54,024 nt of DNA from Patescibacteria group bacterium (GCA_049318005.1 JBMOHE010000005.1:1-54024); one strand, 5' to 3'. Shown: positions 36,921 through 47,177, counted from the first letter of the stretch. Program-made: numbers and translations. The notes: a model not told the origin generated them from the letters alone.

Positions 36921-37562
36921 ATGTTGATTGAGCAATTTACCGATGATTATGTTTTAGAAGAAATAAAAAAAATCAAATACACTTACGGCGTAAATAGTGT
37001 AATTCGATACAACCTCGAGAGAGAAGAACTACATAAAACGCAGTCGGTTGCTGAGCATGTAACTAATATGCTTTTTTTAGCCTATTATTTTAAAGAACTT
37101 GAAGATCCAAAATCAAAACTAGATTTTGATAAGGTTGTCCGAATGATTTTGATGCATGATATGGCCGAGATAGAAACAGGTGATATTATTACAACCATAA
37201 AAACGGCGGCTGATAATGAGGTTGAGAGGTTGGCAGTTAAGACTGTTAAAGAAAAAAGTCCCGAATTCGTGGCCAGGGAAGTTGAGGAATTATATGATGA
37301 GATTGAAGAATCAAAAACCTTTGAAGCGCAGTTTGTTAAAGCGATTGATAAATTAGAGGGACAAATTTTTTGGATAGAAAAAGAGGGGGTTGAAATGGTT
37401 GATTTTATTGATAAAAAAACGGGGATTGATATTAATGTTGTTTATCCGATTATGATGGATAAAATAAATAAAATGTTGAGTTATTTTAACTTTAAATATA
37501 TTCAACGATTTATGGACGTAATTCATCAAGAGAGGATGAAGACGGGAATATTGAAGTATTAG
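36921..37562 (+). CDS. HD-domain phosphohydrolase (YfbR/HDDC2-like)
   Basis: QSVAEH, MILMHDMAEIETGDI, EAQFVKAIDKLE. Confidence 0.88.
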   Translation: MLIEQFTDDYVLEEIKKIKYTYGVNSVIRYNLEREELHKTQSVAEHVTNMLFLAYYFKELEDPKSKLDFDKVVRMILMHDMAEIETGDIITTIKTAADNEVERLAVKTVKEKSPEFVAREVEELYDEIEESKTFEAQFVKAIDKLEGQIFWIEKEGVEMVDFIDKKTGIDINVVYPIMMDKINKMLSYFNFKYIQRFMDVIHQERMKTGILKY

Positions 37563-37626
37563 ATAATCGTTCTGTGATATAATGAAAGTGCTTGTAAAAT
37601 AATAAAAATTTTTAAAAACAATTAAG

Positions 37627-38112
37627 ATGGCTTATAAATATAAAAATTCTAAAGGGTTTACTCTGATTGAATTATTAGTTGTTATTGCTATTATTGGTCT
37701 TCTATCAACTTTGTCTGTAGTTGCTCTAAATACGTCTCGGGCCAGATCTAGAGATGCCAGGCGTTTGTCTGATATAAAGCAGATTCAAACGTCGATAGAA
37801 ATGTACTATGCCGCCAATAATCATTATCCGGAAAGGACGACGGGTGATGGTCTCATAGGTATATATAATGGCTCTGGTTATACATACTATATGCCTGTCA
37901 GCTCGAATGCTTATATGAGCACCACCCCAACACCACCCATGCCGCTTGATGGCGCATGTGTTGGTCTATCGATGGCTGACAAATATTATTATGCGCAAAC
38001 GAATAACGGAACTTCGTATATAATAAGATTTTGTTTAGGTAGTAAAACCGGAGATGTTAAGGCTGGTTTTAATAATGCCACCCCAACGGGGATAAGCTCT
38101 TCGCCAAACTAA
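37627..38112 (+). CDS. Type IV pilin / prepilin-type protein
   Basis: KG-FTLIELLVVIAIIGLL cleavage motif; RDARRLSDIKQIQ..IEMYY; C-terminal Cys pair. Confidence 0.93.
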   Translation: MAYKYKNSKGFTLIELLVVIAIIGLLSTLSVVALNTSRARSRDARRLSDIKQIQTSIEMYYAANNHYPERTTGDGLIGIYNGSGYTYYMPVSSNAYMSTTPTPPMPLDGACVGLSMADKYYYAQTNNGTSYIIRFCLGSKTGDVKAGFNNATPTGISSSPN

Positions 38113-38120
38113 AAAAGCAT

Positions 38121-39905
38121 ATGCTTAATATTTTTTTTGGACTGTTATTATTATTTTTTCCTTTTTTATTAGTATCCTTGTTTAAGGATAGACAAAAGGG
38201 TTTTTTAAGCATCTTCATATTTGTTCTAGTTTTTCAGATTATTATCTCTATATCAACTCAGTTTTTTCATGTTTTCACTTATCAAACAATATTGATTATT
38301 AACTCCATAGCCGCCTTGGCGGTTTTATTGTGTCTGATAATTAATTTTAAAAAAATCAATTACAAGGTAAGTATAAATTGGTTTTTAATTTTAGCTTTTT
38401 GTATAATCTTTTTTGAACTTTATTCAGTACATTATCTCTACTCAGGGTCAATTAGTACAGTTAATGGTTATAAGGATGTAAAAAATCAAACCTTTAAGTA
38501 TCCATATTTTTCAGACGAATGGGTTGGGGTTTCTTTAACAAATTATTCTATAAATAATAATTCTTTGCCAATTGTTAATCCGCTGATAAAAAATAGCGAA
38601 TATACGAGTTTCCCAAATATTTTTTTAATATTTTTTTCTTTGTTAGCTAGTTTATTCATGCTAGTAAATATATCCCCACTAATTGGTTACTCGGCTTTCG
38701 CTTTAATAACTGGATTATTTATTTGTTACTTAGCTTATTTATTTTTAATCGAGAATAAAGTTGGTTCTTTCTCGGCTATATTAGCCTCTCTTGGCATACC
38801 ATATATAGTCAACGGACAAAACCTGCCCGGGATTTGGTATCTTTTACCGTATATCTGGGGGTTTGTTCTCTTTTTGATTTGTTTAATTGCGCTTAGTAAG
38901 AAGTTGAGACTCTTGGCCTGGGTAAGCGGCACGCTATCATTGCTTATTTATCCGCCCTTATTAATCTTTATTATACCGACGATCATTGTCGAATTTCTAT
39001 TTGACAAGGAAACTGAAAACAAGACTAAAATTAAATTGCTTTTAGTTGGGTCTTTATTGGTTCTATTTGTAGCAGTTTCTATTATTGGTTTTCAGGTGCG
39101 AAATTTTAGTAATTTATTCCAACTGATATCTTCTTATATACTCTACCCAGCTCTTGATAACGGGATTCCATCTTTTGCTATTTGGAACGTTATTCCTTTA
39201 ATTTTTTTACCATTCATTATTTTTGGTTTAGCGCTGATAATCAAAAAAAATAAATTATTTTTGTTAGCCCCCATTTCTATCGGCTTGATATTGTGGGCAG
39301 TTTATAGCCAAAGTTTATATTTTTTTATTCTCAATTACGAGCGAACTGTTATTATAAGCTCAATTCTTTTGGTTTGCTTAATGGCCTTTTCCTTTGATTG
39401 GTTGGGTGAAAAATTAAAAAAAGAGTTCTCTATATTTTTAAGAAAGGATGTTGTGATTTTCTCTAAATTGGTAATTATATTAATATTTTTTATTTTTGCT
39501 TTTCGCTATACCGATAATTCTGATTGGGCTAAGATGACTCTTACGATAGAGCAGCAAGGATTCAAACAGTCCATTCAACCCCTAGCACCGGCGACGGTTT
39601 TTTTAACCGAAAAAGAATATAAATTTTTTCAAAAAATTAAAAAAGCAAATTTTATATCAGAACCATGGAAGGGCTTGGCAATTGGCGCGGCCACTGGAAA
39701 TTATCCGCTAGAATCAAAGCCATCAATAATTAGAAGCAATTTTTTAAGTTATAATTTTTTCGTTGGCCTTGGGTGTATAGAAAAAAAGAACATAGCCATT
39801 GAATATAAAGTAAGATATGTCTATTCTCCTTTTTTTGATTGCCAAAACTTTTTAAAACTTAAAACCGGAGAGGCTGGTTATAATTTATATAAGCTGGTTG
39901 AATAA
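38121..39905 (+). CDS. Polytopic membrane protein, probable GT-C fold glycosyltransferase
   Basis: More than 12 TM helices, acidic SDEW motif in the first large external loop, soluble C-terminal domain. Confidence 0.55.
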   Translation: MLNIFFGLLLLFFPFLLVSLFKDRQKGFLSIFIFVLVFQIIISISTQFFHVFTYQTILIINSIAALAVLLCLIINFKKINYKVSINWFLILAFCIIFFELYSVHYLYSGSISTVNGYKDVKNQTFKYPYFSDEWVGVSLTNYSINNNSLPIVNPLIKNSEYTSFPNIFLIFFSLLASLFMLVNISPLIGYSAFALITGLFICYLAYLFLIENKVGSFSAILASLGIPYIVNGQNLPGIWYLLPYIWGFVLFLICLIALSKKLRLLAWVSGTLSLLIYPPLLIFIIPTIIVEFLFDKETENKTKIKLLLVGSLLVLFVAVSIIGFQVRNFSNLFQLISSYILYPALDNGIPSFAIWNVIPLIFLPFIIFGLALIIKKNKLFLLAPISIGLILWAVYSQSLYFFILNYERTVIISSILLVCLMAFSFDWLGEKLKKEFSIFLRKDVVIFSKLVIILIFFIFAFRYTDNSDWAKMTLTIEQQGFKQSIQPLAPATVFLTEKEYKFFQKIKKANFISEPWKGLAIGAATGNYPLESKPSIIRSNFLSYNFFVGLGCIEKKNIAIEYKVRYVYSPFFDCQNFLKLKTGEAGYNLYKLVE

Positions 39906-39928
39906 AATAAATTTAAAATAATTGGAAT

Positions 39929-41560
39929 ATGAATAAAGAATATATTGCGCCGATTGCCTATTTCAGCATGGAGATAGCCATAGATAATAATGTTAAGACC
40001 TACGCGGGCGGACTAGGGGTCTTGGCTGGTGATATTTTGCGCTCAGCAGCAGGTAAAAAATTTAATATGATTGGGATAACCCTAGTTAATCGATATGGAT
40101 ATTTTAAACAAAAGATTAATAACTCGGGAACACAAATAGAAATGATTGATAGAGACTATGATTTTTCTCTCTTAAAAAAATTAGATGCTCGAGTAGAAAT
40201 AAAAATTGGAGAGGATGTTGTAAAAATAGGCGCTTGGCAATATTTAGTTAAAGGACCAGATAATTTTGAGGTGCCAATCTTTTTTTTAGATACAAATATT
40301 AGCGGAAACAAAACTAAATATAAACGATTGACAAATAAACTATACGGCGGAGATTTAGAAATGCGTTTACAGCAGGAAATAATTCTTGGTAGAGGTGGAG
40401 TTAAAATGATTAAGGCTTTAGGATATGATAATATAAAAAAATATCATTTGAATGAGGGGCATGGCGCTTTTGCGGCAATTGAATTGTTTAGTGAAAGCAA
40501 GAACATTAAAGTTCCTGATAAAATTAGTGATGTTAAAAATAAATGCGTTTTTACGACCCACACCCCAATTCAGACCATTTTTGATGAATTTCCTCTTACG
40601 CTTTTAAGTAAAAATCAAATAGATTTTCCCTTTGAACTGCCAGATATAATAAAAAATAAAAAAATAAACACCCTTGATTTAGCGATGTTTTTTAGTGGTT
40701 ATATTAATGGCGTCGCGCTTACGCATCAGAAATTTTTAAATGATGTTTTTCCTCAATATAAAATTAAGTCTATTACTAATGGGGTTAACTCTGTTTTTTG
40801 GACTTCGCCAGAGTTTACAAAAATATTTAGTGAGCATATTCCTGGCTGGAAGAATAAACCAAGTTTACTAAAAAAAGCCGAGAAGATCCCTGACAATAAA
40901 ATCTGGTCGGCCCATCAAACAGCCAAGCGCCGTTTATTAGATTACATTAAAGTTCAAGAAAAAGTAGATTGGAGCGAAGAAATACTAACCATTTGTTTTG
41001 CGCGGCGCTTTACCCAGTATAAACAGCCGTTATTAATTTTTTCGGACATTGATAGGTTATTAAAAATTCTAGAAGACAAGGGGCGACTACAAATTATTTT
41101 AGCTGGTAAAGCGCATTTTAGAGATTTAACTGGGCAGAATTCTATAAAAAAACTTTATTCTATAAAGAAAAAATATCCCCAACTTAATATTATATTTTTA
41201 AAAAATTATAATTTAGATTTGGCGCAGCTGCTTGTGGCCGGGTCTGATCTTTGGCTTAATAATCCCCAATTACCTCAAGAGGCTTGCGGTACTAGTGGTA
41301 TGAAGGCGGCTCACAATGGAGTTCCTCAAGTTAGCACGCTTGATGGTTGGTGGCCGGAGGGATATAAAAAAAATAAAACTGGTTGGGCGATTAATAATGC
41401 CAACGATCTTTATGAAATTTTAAGAAAGGAAATCATCCCTTTGTATTATGAAACTCCAGAAAAATGGGTAAAAGTTATGAAAAACGTTATTAGTCTAAAT
41501 GCATCATATTTCAATAGCGATAGAGCCTTAGATCAGTATATACATGAGACTTATAAATAA
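39929..41560 (+). CDS. glgP: Alpha-glucan (glycogen/maltodextrin) phosphorylase
   Basis: YFSME, YAGGLGVLAGD, HLNEGH, FTTHTP, ARRFTQYK, EACGTSGMKAAHNG. Confidence 0.93.
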   Translation: MNKEYIAPIAYFSMEIAIDNNVKTYAGGLGVLAGDILRSAAGKKFNMIGITLVNRYGYFKQKINNSGTQIEMIDRDYDFSLLKKLDARVEIKIGEDVVKIGAWQYLVKGPDNFEVPIFFLDTNISGNKTKYKRLTNKLYGGDLEMRLQQEIILGRGGVKMIKALGYDNIKKYHLNEGHGAFAAIELFSESKNIKVPDKISDVKNKCVFTTHTPIQTIFDEFPLTLLSKNQIDFPFELPDIIKNKKINTLDLAMFFSGYINGVALTHQKFLNDVFPQYKIKSITNGVNSVFWTSPEFTKIFSEHIPGWKNKPSLLKKAEKIPDNKIWSAHQTAKRRLLDYIKVQEKVDWSEEILTICFARRFTQYKQPLLIFSDIDRLLKILEDKGRLQIILAGKAHFRDLTGQNSIKKLYSIKKKYPQLNIIFLKNYNLDLAQLLVAGSDLWLNNPQLPQEACGTSGMKAAHNGVPQVSTLDGWWPEGYKKNKTGWAINNANDLYEILRKEIIPLYYETPEKWVKVMKNVISLNASYFNSDRALDQYIHETYK

Positions 41561-41566
41561 AATAGT

Positions 41567-41983
41567 ATGAAAAAAGAGAAAATGAAAAAAGAAGTTATCA
41601 AAAATGATTTTAGTTTTTGGAGAACTCTGATTAACTTATGGTCTATTATATTTTTTATATCAATTATTTTAGATTTTTTTTCTCAGAACGCGTACCAAAA
41701 CATTTTGGATGTCATCGCGACTGTATATATTAGCTCTTTGGCCTTATATGTTGGTAACAAAGAGTTTGAACGTTGGTATGATAAATATGACAGCAAGCAT
41801 CCGGGCGAAATATTTGTGGTTATTTGGTCGGTGACCGTCTTTGCTTTATTGGGACTTAGTTTTATTTTTAAAGATACTTACCAAATTCCCGATTCAGTGG
41901 TTTCTTCTTACTTAGCGGTTCTGACAATATTAGTCTTAACAAAAAAATCTAAAAAGATGTATCAAATTAAGAGAAGTAAATAA
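41567..41983 (+). CDS. Hypothetical four-TM membrane protein
   Basis: Hydrophobic helices; 6 nt after the glgP stop. Confidence 0.75.
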   Translation: MKKEKMKKEVIKNDFSFWRTLINLWSIIFFISIILDFFSQNAYQNILDVIATVYISSLALYVGNKEFERWYDKYDSKHPGEIFVVIWSVTVFALLGLSFIFKDTYQIPDSVVSSYLAVLTILVLTKKSKKMYQIKRSK

Positions 41984-41993
41984 AAGATATAAC

Positions 41994-42025
41994 AAAAAGA
42001 CCTTTTCGAGAAAGGTCTTTTTTTA
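41994..42025. terminator. Bidirectional terminator
   Basis: AAAAAGACCTTT-TCGAG-AAAGGTCTTTTTTT. Confidence 0.85.
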
Positions 42026-42036
42026 TAATTATTTTA

Positions 42037-43410
42037 CTATTTTATAAGCTCTAAAATCTCATCTCTTTTCTTTATCATTATTTCCGGCGTAATTGCCTCT
42101 AGATTAAGACGAACTTTTGGCTCGGTGTTTGAACCGCGCACATTAAACCAAAAATCCGGAAAAGTAATAGTTAAACCGTCGAGTTTATTAATTTCTCCAT
42201 TAGAATATTTATTTTCAATTGCCGAAAAGACAGATTCTTTATTATTAACACTGCGATTGATCTCACCTGATAAATAATATTTTTTATATTGTTTAACTTG
42301 ATCGGAAATCGGAAGTGGGCTTTCAGAAAAAATAATTAACAGTTTTAATATCATTAAGCTTGGAAATTCAAAGCAGCCAATTTTACTATTAAAATAGAAA
42401 TGGCCAGATGATTCGCCGGCAAAATAAATATCTTCTTTAATCATTTGTTCTTTAATTAAAGAATGGCCAACGCGAGTTATAATTGGGATTCCTCCATTTT
42501 CCTCAATTAAGTCAGGGGTTATTTTCCCCGGTCTAACGTCATAGCCAATTCGCGCCCCGGGCTTATCTGTTAAAAACGATTTTGCAAGCAGGCCGCGGAT
42601 AATTGCTTGATTAATAACTTCGCCCTTATCGTCAATAAAGAAAGCTCTATCGCCATCACCGTCAGTCGAAATTCCAAAGTCAGCTTTTTGCTTTATTACT
42701 TCTTTTTTTAGTTCTTCAAGATTCTCTTCTTTTAGCGGATCAGCCTCATGGGCCGGGAAATTTCCATCAAGCTCAAAATTCATAGGAATCGCTTCGCCAG
42801 GAATATCATTAAGAACCCTGCTCAAGTAGGTTGACCCCATCCCGTTGGCCGCATCAGCTACTATTTTTATTTTTTTTATTTTTGATTTGTCTATTAAGCT
42901 CCAAGTATAATTTAGTTCGTCATCGAGAGCACTATCGTTAAAAAATATTTTTCCTTTTTCTGGACTTGGTAAAAAACGATTGGCCAAAACAGATTCTTTT
43001 ATAAATTCAATCCCAGTTTCACCACTAACAGGAACGCCACCAGCTCTAACGAGCTTAAAACCGTTCCACTCTTTTGGATTGTGAGAAGCGGAAATCATAA
43101 TCCCGCCGTTATATTTATACCTAGCTACTGCATAATAGAAGGTCGGGGTTGAGACTAAATTTAAATTAATAGCATCCGCGCCAGCGTCAGTTAATCCACG
43201 AATTAAATTATCTTTTAAAGCTGGTGAAGATAAGCGCATATCGCAAGCGACGGCAATTTGTAGTTTCTGGTCAACTTGATAATCGGGATCGTTTTTTCTA
43301 AGTTCAACAAAGGCTAGACCTAAGAGATAAGCCATCTCATTGTCAAAATCCTGCCCGTAAATTCCTCGAATGTCGTAGGCTTTAAAGATTTCGGAGTTTA
43401 TTGGAAGCAT
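42037..43410 (-). CDS. Phosphomannomutase/phosphoglucomutase
   Basis: FKAYDIRG, ISASHNP (phospho-Ser), DGDGDR, GESSGH, RGSNTEP. Confidence 0.95.
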   Translation of the reverse strand: MLPINSEIFKAYDIRGIYGQDFDNEMAYLLGLAFVELRKNDPDYQVDQKLQIAVACDMRLSSPALKDNLIRGLTDAGADAINLNLVSTPTFYYAVARYKYNGGIMISASHNPKEWNGFKLVRAGGVPVSGETGIEFIKESVLANRFLPSPEKGKIFFNDSALDDELNYTWSLIDKSKIKKIKIVADAANGMGSTYLSRVLNDIPGEAIPMNFELDGNFPAHEADPLKEENLEELKKEVIKQKADFGISTDGDGDRAFFIDDKGEVINQAIIRGLLAKSFLTDKPGARIGYDVRPGKITPDLIEENGGIPIITRVGHSLIKEQMIKEDIYFAGESSGHFYFNSKIGCFEFPSLMILKLLIIFSESPLPISDQVKQYKKYYLSGEINRSVNNKESVFSAIENKYSNGEINKLDGLTITFPDFWFNVRGSNTEPKVRLNLEAITPEIMIKKRDEILELIK

Positions 43411-44461
43411 AAAGATAAATACCCCCCAGGCCGATGAAAGTAGCGAGTAAGCTAATTATCCAACCGACGAAAGGAATAGAAAATAATAAATAACAAATTA
43501 TTGTGCCCAAGATTAAGGGCCAGATCAAATTAAATTCTGTTTTTTTAATAATTTTTTTCAAAATTATTTGGCCGAGAGAGAGCGATACAAAAATCTTAGC
43601 AATATAAATAAGTATTAACCACAGAGCGATAACAATTAAGGCTAGAGGAATGCCAATAATTGTAAAAAACAAAAATAAAATTAGCAGAGGGGCGGCGAAT
43701 AGGCCAAGCGCGCCAGGCCAAAGGGTTTTATTAGACTCATCTTCGATTTTTTTTAAGATTTCTTTGGTAGTATTTTTTCCTAAATAAATTAAGACTAAGC
43801 CAACAATTAGTGAGCAGAAAATTGCATAGACTTTAGCCCAGGCCCAAAGAGCTAGCCAATTAATTTCTGTAGATTTGGTGAATTTTTGATTGAATTTACC
43901 ACCCAATTGAGCGGTCTCAGTTATGGTTACTGGCTTATTTATGTCATTAGAAATTGATAAATTAGTATCTTTAACAATTCTTCCCGATATTAAAGCTTGC
44001 TCAACTTGGCCAGATAAACCACCTTCAATATTCCCACGGGCCTCTAGATTTAAACCAGCCGCATAAACATCCCAACCGACCTTACTATCTTTTCCAAATA
44101 CAATTTCAGATCCAAAAGAATTAACATTTCTGGCTACCGAGCCATTAATATTAATAATTGATCCGGCCACCCTGATATTGCCGCCAATTTCGCCATTAAT
44201 AGTTATGTTTTGAGCGATAGCAATTATATCCCCCTCAATACGACCGTTAACGTTAATAGTTTGAGCAACGGTTATTAAATCGCCGCTAATCACGCCCTCA
44301 ACAGTCACAGTGTTGCCGGCAGCATATAGATTGCCACTAACAATTTCATCTTTAGAAACATAAATAGAGTCACCAGTTTTGGCGTCCATAGCCCTGGCAC
44401 TTCCTATCGGAATCAATATTAAGGCTAAAAATAAAAGAATTTTTAGATTTTTTATTTTCAT
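43382..44461 (-). CDS. Secreted beta-helix (bactofilin/polymer-forming-like) repeat protein with C-terminal TM bundle
   Basis: Signal peptide; repeats of V.G.I.GD...A...I.IN; four to five C-terminal TM helices. Confidence 0.75.
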   Translation of the reverse strand: MKIKNLKILLFLALILIPIGSARAMDAKTGDSIYVSKDEIVSGNLYAAGNTVTVEGVISGDLITVAQTINVNGRIEGDIIAIAQNITINGEIGGNIRVAGSIININGSVARNVNSFGSEIVFGKDSKVGWDVYAAGLNLEARGNIEGGLSGQVEQALISGRIVKDTNLSISNDINKPVTITETAQLGGKFNQKFTKSTEINWLALWAWAKVYAIFCSLIVGLVLIYLGKNTTKEILKKIEDESNKTLWPGALGLFAAPLLILFLFFTIIGIPLALIVIALWLILIYIAKIFVSLSLGQIILKKIIKKTEFNLIWPLILGTIICYLLFSIPFVGWIISLLATFIGLGGIYLYASNKLRNL

Positions 44462-44532
44462 AATAATCTTGTTAAATTATAAAAAATGCGATATTCTTAA
44501 GTGAAAGATAATTTAAGTATAACAGTAAATAT

Positions 44533-46110
44533 ATGGTTGAAGCAATAAAAGACTTATTAGACAATTATTCTAAAAATATAAAAAATCGTGATAATTTAGA
44601 AATGATTAAGCGTTTAATTTGTAAAAAATATAAATTAGATGCTATTTTAAATGCCGATATTTTAAAAGAATATCGCAATTTATTAGAATCAAAAAAAATT
44701 AAACCTATTGAGGCGATTGAAAAGATATTAAGAAAAAGAAGCATAAGAACGATGTCTGGGATCGCTCCGGTTGCAGTTTTAACTAAATCATATCCTTGTC
44801 CAGGGACTTGTGCTTATTGTCCTCATGAGTCAGACGTGCCAGTTAGTTATTTATCAAATGAGCCGGCAGTTATGAGAGCAATTCGCTGTAAATACGATCC
44901 TTATGTACAGGTAGCCCATCGCTTAAGAGCTTTAGTTAACAATGGTCATGAACCAACCAAGATTGAGTTAATAGTTATTGGTGGGACCTGGAGTTATTTA
45001 CCCACTAAATATAAATATTGGTATATTTTAAACTGTTTTAAGGCGGCTAATGATTTTCAAAACAAAACTATAAATTTAAAAGATAAGTATAAAAAGAATT
45101 TAAACCTCGATAAATTAAAGGAATTATTAAAACTGGAACAGAAAAAAAATGAAAAAGCAAAATATAATTTAATCGGCATAACCCTTGAAACTCGACCCGA
45201 TTATATAAATACTGAAGAGTTATTAGAAATGCGAGACCTGGGTTGTACGAGAGTTGAGATTGGCGTCCAGGCTATTGATGATAAAATTTTAACCCTAAAT
45301 AAACGAGGTCACGGGGTTAAAGAAATTGCCGAAGCAACAAAACTCTTAAAACAGCTTGGCTTTAAAGTTACTTATCATTTGATGCCCGCTCTACCGGGCG
45401 CAACTCCAAAGAAAGATTTAGCTCTGTTTAAGCAATTATTTACAGATGAAAGATTCCAGCCAGATCAAATTAAGTTTTATCCAACAGTAGTAACTAAAGG
45501 TAGTTTATTATATAAGTGGTATAGGCAGGGAAAGTATAAGCCATATTCAGATAAAGTTTTACAAGAATTAATTGTTGAATGCAAGGCAGCTGTCCCGACT
45601 TATGTGAGAATAATTCGTTTAATTCGTGATATTCCAGGAGAGTCAATTATTGCTGGCAACAAAATTACTAATCTTAGGCAGGTTATGAAAGATAGGGGGG
45701 TTAAGTGTAGCTGTATTCGTTGTCGCGAAGCTAAAGATCAGCCAGTAAAAGATTATGACTTAAATATTGTGGAGTATCCTAGTTCTGGCGGAACAGAGTA
45801 CTTTATTAGCGCAGATAGCAAGGACGGTAAAACCTTGTTTGGTTTTTGCCGTCTAAGATTTGATAAGAGTAGTTTGGTTGCCCCTGCAATAATAAGAGAG
45901 CTCCATGTTTATGGAGAATTAGTCGCTGTGGGTTCTAAAAAAATGGTTCAGCACAGCGGACTGGGCACCAAATTGATAGAGGCGGCTGAAAAGTTAGCCA
46001 AGGCCGCAGAACTCAATAAGATTGCGGTTATTTCTGGGGTTGGGGTTAGGTCATATTATAAGAAATTTGGATATAAGCTCTATAGAACTTACATGGAGAA
46101 GCACTTGTAA
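44533..46110 (+). CDS. elp3: Elp3 tRNA U34 acetyltransferase (radical SAM plus KAT domain)
   Basis: SGIAPVAV, CPGTCAYCP (CX3CX2C), ETRPD, TRVEIGVQ, RELHVYG, QHSGLG. Confidence 0.93.
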   Translation: MVEAIKDLLDNYSKNIKNRDNLEMIKRLICKKYKLDAILNADILKEYRNLLESKKIKPIEAIEKILRKRSIRTMSGIAPVAVLTKSYPCPGTCAYCPHESDVPVSYLSNEPAVMRAIRCKYDPYVQVAHRLRALVNNGHEPTKIELIVIGGTWSYLPTKYKYWYILNCFKAANDFQNKTINLKDKYKKNLNLDKLKELLKLEQKKNEKAKYNLIGITLETRPDYINTEELLEMRDLGCTRVEIGVQAIDDKILTLNKRGHGVKEIAEATKLLKQLGFKVTYHLMPALPGATPKKDLALFKQLFTDERFQPDQIKFYPTVVTKGSLLYKWYRQGKYKPYSDKVLQELIVECKAAVPTYVRIIRLIRDIPGESIIAGNKITNLRQVMKDRGVKCSCIRCREAKDQPVKDYDLNIVEYPSSGGTEYFISADSKDGKTLFGFCRLRFDKSSLVAPAIIRELHVYGELVAVGSKKMVQHSGLGTKLIEAAEKLAKAAELNKIAVISGVGVRSYYKKFGYKLYRTYMEKHL

Positions 46111-46235
46111 TTTTGGCTAATATTAGTAATTGAAGTTATTATTATTGACAAAAATAGATAATTAGTTTATTATTATAGGGCTAAATTTAAAAGTAAAAAA
46201 ATAAATTTGTAGTATCATTAAAAATAAGTAGAGAA

Positions 46236-46964
46236 ATGCTAAAAGAAGTGCCAGAAGTAAAAGTAAGAATAATCCCCAAAGAATTTTTCTTGGGGATTGA
46301 AGTTTTAGAAAGAAACGGTTTAAGCTTGAAAAATTTTCGTCGTTTAACTAAAAGTGGTGGTGATGACAAGGCAAAAAGAATTATTGAGATTCTCAACGAG
46401 CCAGTATCTAAATACCATCAACTTATTAAAGAGTGGGAAGAGTTCTATTTAAAGTATTTCAATATTAAAATTGATTTAAAGAAAATAGAGATACCAGCGC
46501 CGCCAAAACAAGAAAAACGATTATTGATTATTGTCCCGGCTTTATCGGTCGACAGGGTGATTAAATCAAAGCGTAAGCATTATAGTGTTGTGATGGCGCT
46601 TTCTGGACCCCCGGCTAAGTTAAGTAACGAAATTACTCATCACGCGCCTTATGCTGCGTGGGTAGCTGAAAGTATTAACCCGCATAGAAAAATGCGAGGA
46701 ACATCCGCTCTTTGGGCAAAGGAAAATAATGTTTCCGGAGAAACTCTTTTAGAAAGATTGTTGCACGATTTCAAGTATTGGGATGAAACAGGAAAACACT
46801 TGGATCATAATTATCTAACAATTTGTTCATCTTCAAGATTCGCAAATGGATTTGTGCCTCTTGTTGCTTTTGATCAAGATAATATCGAAGGGATAATTAT
46901 TACACAGTGCGAGGAGAATAAAAAACATCCTCACCTTGGACACCGTCAAGTATTTCGTCTATAA
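46236..46964 (+). CDS. Hypothetical protein
   Basis: 242-aa ORF with a TTGACA-N17-TATTAT promoter (46145-46173) and a terminator at 46989-47013. Confidence 0.75.
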   Translation: MLKEVPEVKVRIIPKEFFLGIEVLERNGLSLKNFRRLTKSGGDDKAKRIIEILNEPVSKYHQLIKEWEEFYLKYFNIKIDLKKIEIPAPPKQEKRLLIIVPALSVDRVIKSKRKHYSVVMALSGPPAKLSNEITHHAPYAAWVAESINPHRKMRGTSALWAKENNVSGETLLERLLHDFKYWDETGKHLDHNYLTICSSSRFANGFVPLVAFDQDNIEGIIITQCEENKKHPHLGHRQVFRL

Positions 46965-47028
46965 TCAGAAAAAATTGCTTTAGTCAGCGCCCGTTCAGAA
47001 ATGAGCGGGTTTTAAATATCCAAAAAAT

Positions 47029-47058
47029 TTGATTTTTTAAGTTAATATGTGCTATAAT
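47029..47058 (+). promoter_or_regulatory. Promoter TTGATT-N18-TATAAT with extended TG; predicted +1 near 47065
   Basis: tg-c-tataat at 47050-47058. Confidence 0.7.
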
Positions 47059-47064
47059 TAATGT

Positions 47065-47127
47065 ATGTTAATGACTAAAAATATCACAACTTGGTCTGGC
47101 TTTAAAGTATTAAGCACTCTAGTTTAA
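47065..47127 (+). CDS. Putative leaderless leader peptide MLMTKNITTWSGFKVLSTLV
   Basis: ATG coincides with the predicted +1; stop codon lies in the loop of hairpin 1:2. Confidence 0.45.
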   Translation: MLMTKNITTWSGFKVLSTLV

Positions 47128-47177
47128 TCTCAGAGGGCTATTTTTTGTATGAATGGCGCCCTCTGGGGCGTTTTTTT
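47113..47177 (+). promoter_or_regulatory. Attenuator with alternative hairpins 1:2, 2:3 (antiterminator) and 3:4 (terminator)
   Basis: AGCACTCT/AGAGGGCT; CAGAGGGC/GCCCTCTG; CGCCC-TCTG-GGGCG-T7. Confidence 0.7.

Noticed and set aside
31486-37600. Prophage or integrative element at tRNA-Arg/His
   Set aside because: No integrase, no phage genes, and no duplicated tRNA 3' end seen downstream.
47061-47078. Mini-ORF ATG TAT GTT AAT GAC TAA (MYVND) containing three queuosine-decoded codons upstream of yhhQ
   Set aside because: It starts only 2 nt after the -10 hexamer, upstream of the predicted +1 (~47065), so it should not be transcribed from this promoter. Revisit if an upstream start site is found.
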